This document shows, in pieces, positions 58,786 through 64,000 of a stretch of DNA of 64,000 bases. The notes under the pieces were generated by a model that did not search any database, had not been told where the DNA came from, and saw only the letters and a list, made by a program, of their open reading frames with translations. The position numbers were made by a program, and so were the translations under genes. The number at the start of each line of letters is the position of its first letter. Positions within the stretch are counted from its first letter, which is position 1. The DNA is from Mytilus californianus (lineage: Eukaryota): positions 93,372,001 to 93,436,000 of the forward strand of contig NW_026262723.1 of the NCBI RefSeq assembly GCF_021869535.1. Direction: 5' to 3'.

Positions 58786-61700
58786 CTGTAAATAACAGAA
58801 ATCTCATAATCACAAGCTTTAAGTTGTAAATAAATTCTAATGCATCTCAAACAACCAAAAAATTCATATTAAATTCAATTCTGCATCCTGACAATCAAAC
58901 ACTGATACAAACTGAGAAGGCTCTTGCATTTGCGAAAAGCACATTATCAAGTGACACAATTAACCTACGTGATCATGTTATCTGCCAAGAAAATACGGAT
59001 ATTATTTATATCTAAATTTGCTGTTCTAAAATTTCGAAATATTTTACGTTGAGGAAAGTATATGCCTCATTAAAAGCTATAATTCCTTGTCCGGGTTTGG
59101 CTTTGTATCTCCCTCATGTATAGCTCTGGTTCCTTGTACGGGTTTGGCTTTGTATCTCCCTCGTGTATAGCTCTGGTTCCTTGTCCGGGTTTGGCTTTGT
59201 ATCTCCCTCATGCATAGCTCTGATACCTTGTCCAGGTTTGGCTTTGTATCTCCCTCGTGTATAGCTCTGGTTCATTGTCCGGGTTTGGCTTTGTATCTCC
59301 CTCATGTATAGCTCTGGTTCCTTGTCCGTATTTGGCTTTGTATCTCCCTCATGCATAGCTCTGGTTCCTTGTCCGGGTTTGGCTTTGTATCTCCCTCATG
59401 TATAGCTCTGGTTCCTTGTCCGTATTTGGCTTTGTATCTCCCTCATGCATAGCTCTGGTTCCTTGTACGGGTTTGGCTTTGTATCTCCTTCATGCATAGC
59501 TCTGGTTCCTTGTCCTGGTTTGGCTTTGTATCTCCCTCATGTATAGCTCTGGTTCCTTGTACGGGTTTGGCTTTGTATCTCCCTCATGCATAGCTCTGAT
59601 ACCTTGTCCCGGTTTGGCTTTGTATCTCCCTCGTGTATAGCTCTGGTTCCTTGTACGGGTTTGGCTTTGTATCTCCCTCATGCATAGCTCTGATACCTTG
59701 TCCCGGTTTGGCTTTGTATCTCCCTCGTGTATAGCTCTGGTTCCTTGTACGGGTTTGGCTTTGTATCTCCCTCGTGTATAGCTCTGATACCTTGTCCCGG
59801 TTTGGCTTTGTATCTCCCTCGTGCATAGCTCTGATACCTTGTCCCGGTTTGGCTTTGTTTCTCCCTCGTGTAAAGCTCTGATACCTTGTCCTGGTTTGGC
59901 TTTGTATCTCCCTCATTCATATCTCTTGTTCCTTGTCCGAGCTTGGCTTTGTACCTCCCTCTTTCATAGCTCTGGTTCCTTGTCCTGGTTTGGCTTTGTA
60001 TCTCCCTCATTCATAGCTCTGATTCATGGTCTGGGTTTGGCTTTGTATCTCCCTCATGGATAGCTATAATTCCTTGTCCGGGTTTAGCTTTACTTTTGGT
60101 CCTTTAAGGTTTTTTCAGCCCTTCAACGTTTGTATGAGGTAAATATTTGACCTTCAAATATTTTGGCCTCGAGCATCACTGAAAAGACATTAATTGTCAA
60201 AATGCGCATATGGTGCAGTAAAATTAATAGCTATTGTTTTATTATCCATATTCAATAATCAATATTCCGCCTCTCCGCCTTTAGAAAAACAAAAACAGCT
60301 TTTCCACTAAAAACATAAACCATCAAACGTTCAATAAAAAACCTAATTATAAACATAGTTATACAGTTTATATAACATATATAGTGAAGTCAGATTGAAC
60401 TGTATAAGTGAATCGCATATTCTAACAGATGAAATGAGTCGCTAAATGTGGTTATTCTCCATCTTCTTGCGCTTTTAACAAACATTATTACGTTAATATG
60501 TCCAACTATTTTTAACTTGGACATATTTATCTATATCAAACCAAGTATGGTGTAAAAAGTTTTTGAGAGTGAATGTCGATTGGGTTGATTGTCATTGATT
60601 GATTGATTGGTGTTTCTTTAACATCCAGTGGCAAATATTTCATACACATTCGAAACAAAGACAATCCAAAAGTTAGGTTCGGCAAAGTGAATCGACCGGG
60701 TTGAGATCAAAAATTTCTACTGCCACGGGAGAATTATGGTATGTTTGGTAGTACATCCACTTCTTTTGAACTTTGGTGGATAGTTGTCTCATTAGCAATC
60801 ATACCACATCTCCTTATTTTTATGTTATTTTTGAATCAGGCCACACACAGACCCTCCAGCCCTATAAAGAGTTGTTGAAAAAGTTCTGCATAATTATGTT
60901 TATTTTTATCTTGCTTATCAAAACGGACACCCTTTTTTCTTTGATAATTATACTTAAGTCGTAAGTAATGATGGCATCCTCAAAATGTTTTCTGAAAGTA
61001 AGAATTGCAATACAATCCGTAGTAAAAATTTGACCATTATTGTCTGTTTGGATAAAATTGTCGTATAAAGCCTTTTAAGGATTAGATACTATTTTGTCTT
61101 TATGTTAATATGCTATAATTCAAACAATGAACATTTTGACATTATATTGATACTGGTTGGCAGAAAACTCACAGTTGTATAATAATAATACGAATAATGT
61201 TTTGTTCAATATTAATTTGGCCACCACGGTAGATGACATATTCCACTCCCCATGGAGTCGTGAACCACATTTTGCTTTGATTTTCGCATTGTAATGCTTA
61301 AGCACATCATTCTATAAAAGTATTCTAAGGTAAATAACTGTGATAGTTGTAATGATAAACATGCAAAAAGTCGCATGACAAAAATTCACAAAATTTATAA
61401 GACAAAGAAGTCACAATTCAAAAATTAGTTTACAATAGAAAACATTTTTTCATTGATTTCTGTTTATAAGATAAATGCATTCTACAAATTAAGATATTTT
61501 TCATTAGCGTTGGTAAATAAGTTTTCCCAAATTTTAATCCCTGAAAAAAATTTTTTTTGTCACCATGAAGCCAGTGAAATAGCTTGTCACTTTAACGGCC
61601 TGTTTTCTAAACAGTTATTTTATAATTTTTGAATTTTTACCAGAAGTTATTTAATATTATATAGTTCAATGGTAGCTTACCCCATTTATTGCAGAAAGTG

Positions 61701-63528
61701 CCTCGTTTTGGGCATTTGTTATGTTGGAAGACGAACTGACTTTGGTAAACTTCTCCAGTCTATCAATTTCAAGTAACCATATGGCTGGTACCATACCAAA
61801 GATATAAAACAGTATACATAAACTAAACCTACAAGAAAGTAAGAAGTTTTATAAGTATTTCAAAGTGTGGTATTGATTTTTACGACATGGTCAAGGAGTG
61901 TGAACTACTCATCTGGTACCTTCTTTCCCTATGCATAATGTAAAATGTCCAAGGAATCTGTACTACTCATTGTGTACTTCATTACATTATGCATAACATT
62001 AATTACATGTTCAAGGAGTCTGAACCACTGATTTGGTACCATCTTTCACTACGCATAATGTTACATGTCCAAGGAATCTGTACCGCTCACCTGGTACCTT
62101 ATTTCAATATGCACAATGTTACATGGCCAAGAAATCTGCACCACTCATCTGTTACCTTCTTTCACTATGCATAATGTTACATGTCCAAGGAATCTGTACC
62201 ACTCACCTGCAACCTTATTTCACTATGCATAATGTTACATGTCCAGGGAATCTGTACCGCTCATCTGATACCTCAATTGCTTATGCATGATGTTACATGT
62301 GCAAGGAATCTGAACTACTCATCTGGTACCTTCTTTCATTATGCATAAAGTTACATATCCAATTAATCAGTTCCACTCATCTGTTACTTTCTTTCATTAT
62401 GCATAATGTTATATTCACAGGGAGTCTGAAGCCATCATCTGGTACCTTATTTCACTATGCATAATATTAAATGGTCCAAGGAATCTGTACCACTCATCTC
62501 TACAATTTGCGTAGGAAAATTTGTAGAGTGATTCATTTGACCTCAATGTGTAGAGTGATACATTTGACCTAAAAAAAAATAGAAACTTGCCAAATATGTA
62601 TTCGCGTTTGATGTCATGTTGACCGATGTCTAAATTGTCTTCTTTTTGCCTTCTCTGTTACTTATTTTTCTATCATTGACTGTATTTTTAAACTGCACTC
62701 GGTAAAGATAAAAGTATATAAAACATTCCTATTTGTGTATTTGAATCATGTTTATAACTAGTACAATAGTTGAAATGAATATGTTATGAGACATATATAA
62801 ATGAAAGAGAAGTTCGTTATTATGTCATAATCCAATTTTTGATATGCTCCAATTGACACTTTTACCTGAATTAACACATACAGAACTTTAGTTTGATCAG
62901 CAAATGATGTGTTGTTCAGCCGTATTTATGAACACAGACTACTCAGTCGTGTAAGCTTCTTGACTAAAAGCATCATTATAAGAAACTAAAACCCTATTTG
63001 TTTGTGTTTTCGGGAATATAGTGTGCTTCTTTGCTTTTTGCTGAATAATGTGTTAGATCTGCATAATGATATAAAATCGAGTCAATGGACTGTTCCAAAA
63101 TTTTCAATAAACAAATATCTTTCTTTTTGATTTTGTTTAGCTTTAATTATTTTGTACTTATAACTTGAAAATAAAACACTACTCTGATAATAATGGGGAA
63201 CAGTTTTGATCTCTTATTCCCCAAAACTATTCACTTTACTTGCTAAAATAATTTAGTTGAATTCTCAAATCCAAGTGATTGCAAAAACTCAATCAATGAG
63301 AATGATTTCTATCGTTTTAATATTTCCTTACCATCTTGATTCTTCGCCATTTTCCTTTACTATTCTGTATACTCCTTCAAGAATGACCAGTAAATTTGTA
63401 AGAGCTAGAAGCAAGTACAAATTGTCATCTTTAACATCGCTAGCCCTCCATACTGTAAATAAGGAATGGATCACTAAGATTACGCGTACCAAAATAGCAA
63501 AAATTATATTGTAAAGTTTTCTACGCAT
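58117..63528 (-). CDS. TMEM26: Transmembrane protein 26, 3 exons, 337 aa
   Basis: Exons 63528-63332, 61828-61681 and 58785-58117 join in frame (1014 nt). TMEM26 motifs R..L..HSL..VWR, VP.IWLLE, RW.LP.G.LTRDQLSQLL..Y.G.A.D..E, QDGPFL..RL and FFT.KN. Confidence 0.93.
59073..60090. repeat. 47-bp minisatellite, about 21.5 units, in TMEM26 intron 2
   Basis: Unit tagctctggttccttgtccgggtttggctttgtatctccctcatgta with a few recurrent variants. Confidence 0.95.
60140..60232 (+). mobile_element. Retrozyme-like repeat B3
   Basis: gagcatca-CTGAAAA(60179-60185)-GACA ttaat TGTC-AAAA-TGCGC atatg GTGCA-gta; G8 and G12 are mutated. Confidence 0.65.
60590..60660 (-). mobile_element. SINE 3' tail fragment
   Basis: (ATTG)n plus aacatccagtggcaaatatttcat, the reverse of the tail at 18180-18239. 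Confidence 0.55.
60770..60825 (-). mobile_element. Family A head fragment
   Basis: tggtggatagttgtctcattagcaatcataccacatctcc. Confidence 0.7.
61681..61828 (-). CDS. TMEM26: TMEM26 exon 2
   Basis: ttcttgtag|(W)FSLCILFYIFGMVPAIWLLEIDRL..SAING|gtaagc; absent from the ORF track. Confidence 0.9.
61885..62500. repeat. Degenerate 58-bp minisatellite, about 10.5 units, in TMEM26 intron 1
   Basis: Unit ggaatctgtaccactcatctggtaccttctttcactatgcataatgttacatgtccaa. Confidence 0.9.
63332..63528 (-). CDS. TMEM26: TMEM26 exon 1
   Basis: ATG at 63528; MRRKLYNIIFAILVRVILVIHSLFTVWR..ESR TG|gtaagg. Confidence 0.92.
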
Positions 63529-64000
63529 TGTGGTGATGTAAAATCCGATGAAAGAATGAACATGTATGTGATTTTATATACCAAAATGTATAAATAAGAT
63601 GCTTTTTAATACAGTCAGGTGGCATGAAAAGAAATCGTCGTGTCGTTAGAATTTCTGATGAATTTCTAATTCACTTTATTGATTACGGATTTCTATTTCT
63701 GTACCTGATCGCATATCGATATAAGGGTCATCCATAAGTAGTAGCAACTTTTCAGTACGTACAAGGCTAAAACCATCAATAGTCCGCCTCATTTTCAATT
63801 TTCAACATCTTTGCAGAATATTTTTATTCATTATCCACAGATCTATTAACAAAGTCTTCTTCGTATGTTTGAGTCCGGATCATATCGAAGACTTTGTGTT
63901 TGTTTGTTTTTGTTTTTAAGGAATGTGTTGCTTATGTTATATCATTGTTAGTCTCAAATTATTTACATTTTTTCTAGTCTCAAATTAATTTACAATTTTT

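Noticed and set aside
59114-60063. Repetitive ORFs in the 47-bp array (also 61989-62290 in the 58-bp array)
   Set aside because: They arise from stop-free repeat units inside TMEM26 introns; no splice or domain support.
1-64000. tRNA, rRNA or prokaryotic operon features
   Set aside because: None seen; the only tRNA-like sequence is a decayed SINE head at 17156.

Overview
AT-rich, intron-containing animal genomic DNA. The repeat families look like those I recall from Mytilus mussels (not database-checked). Most entries in the supplied ORF track are spurious, so genes were rebuilt by hand from GT-AG junctions and reading phase. Genes: (1) a cluster of four related intronless ORFs of unknown function at 0.8-13.8 kb, three intact and one pseudogene; (2) a minus-strand chitinase, at least 10 exons over 17.3-28.3 kb, with the order LDLa-LDLa-GH18 (intact DxDxE)-Thr-rich linker-CBM14, whose 5' signal-peptide exon was not found; (3) a 4-exon divergent Q50 PRD-class homeobox gene at 41.5-43.7 kb; (4) two exons of an HPD-intact J-domain gene at 50.4-51.1 kb; (5) a complete 3-exon TMEM26 gene at 58.1-63.5 kb. 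The rest holds SINEs, Penelope-like RT remnants, MITE/foldback/Helentron-like elements, minisatellites, and about ten dispersed repeats that keep a hammerhead-ribozyme layout (retrozyme-like, all degenerate). Gene coordinates were counted by hand; interspersed-repeat boundaries are approximate.
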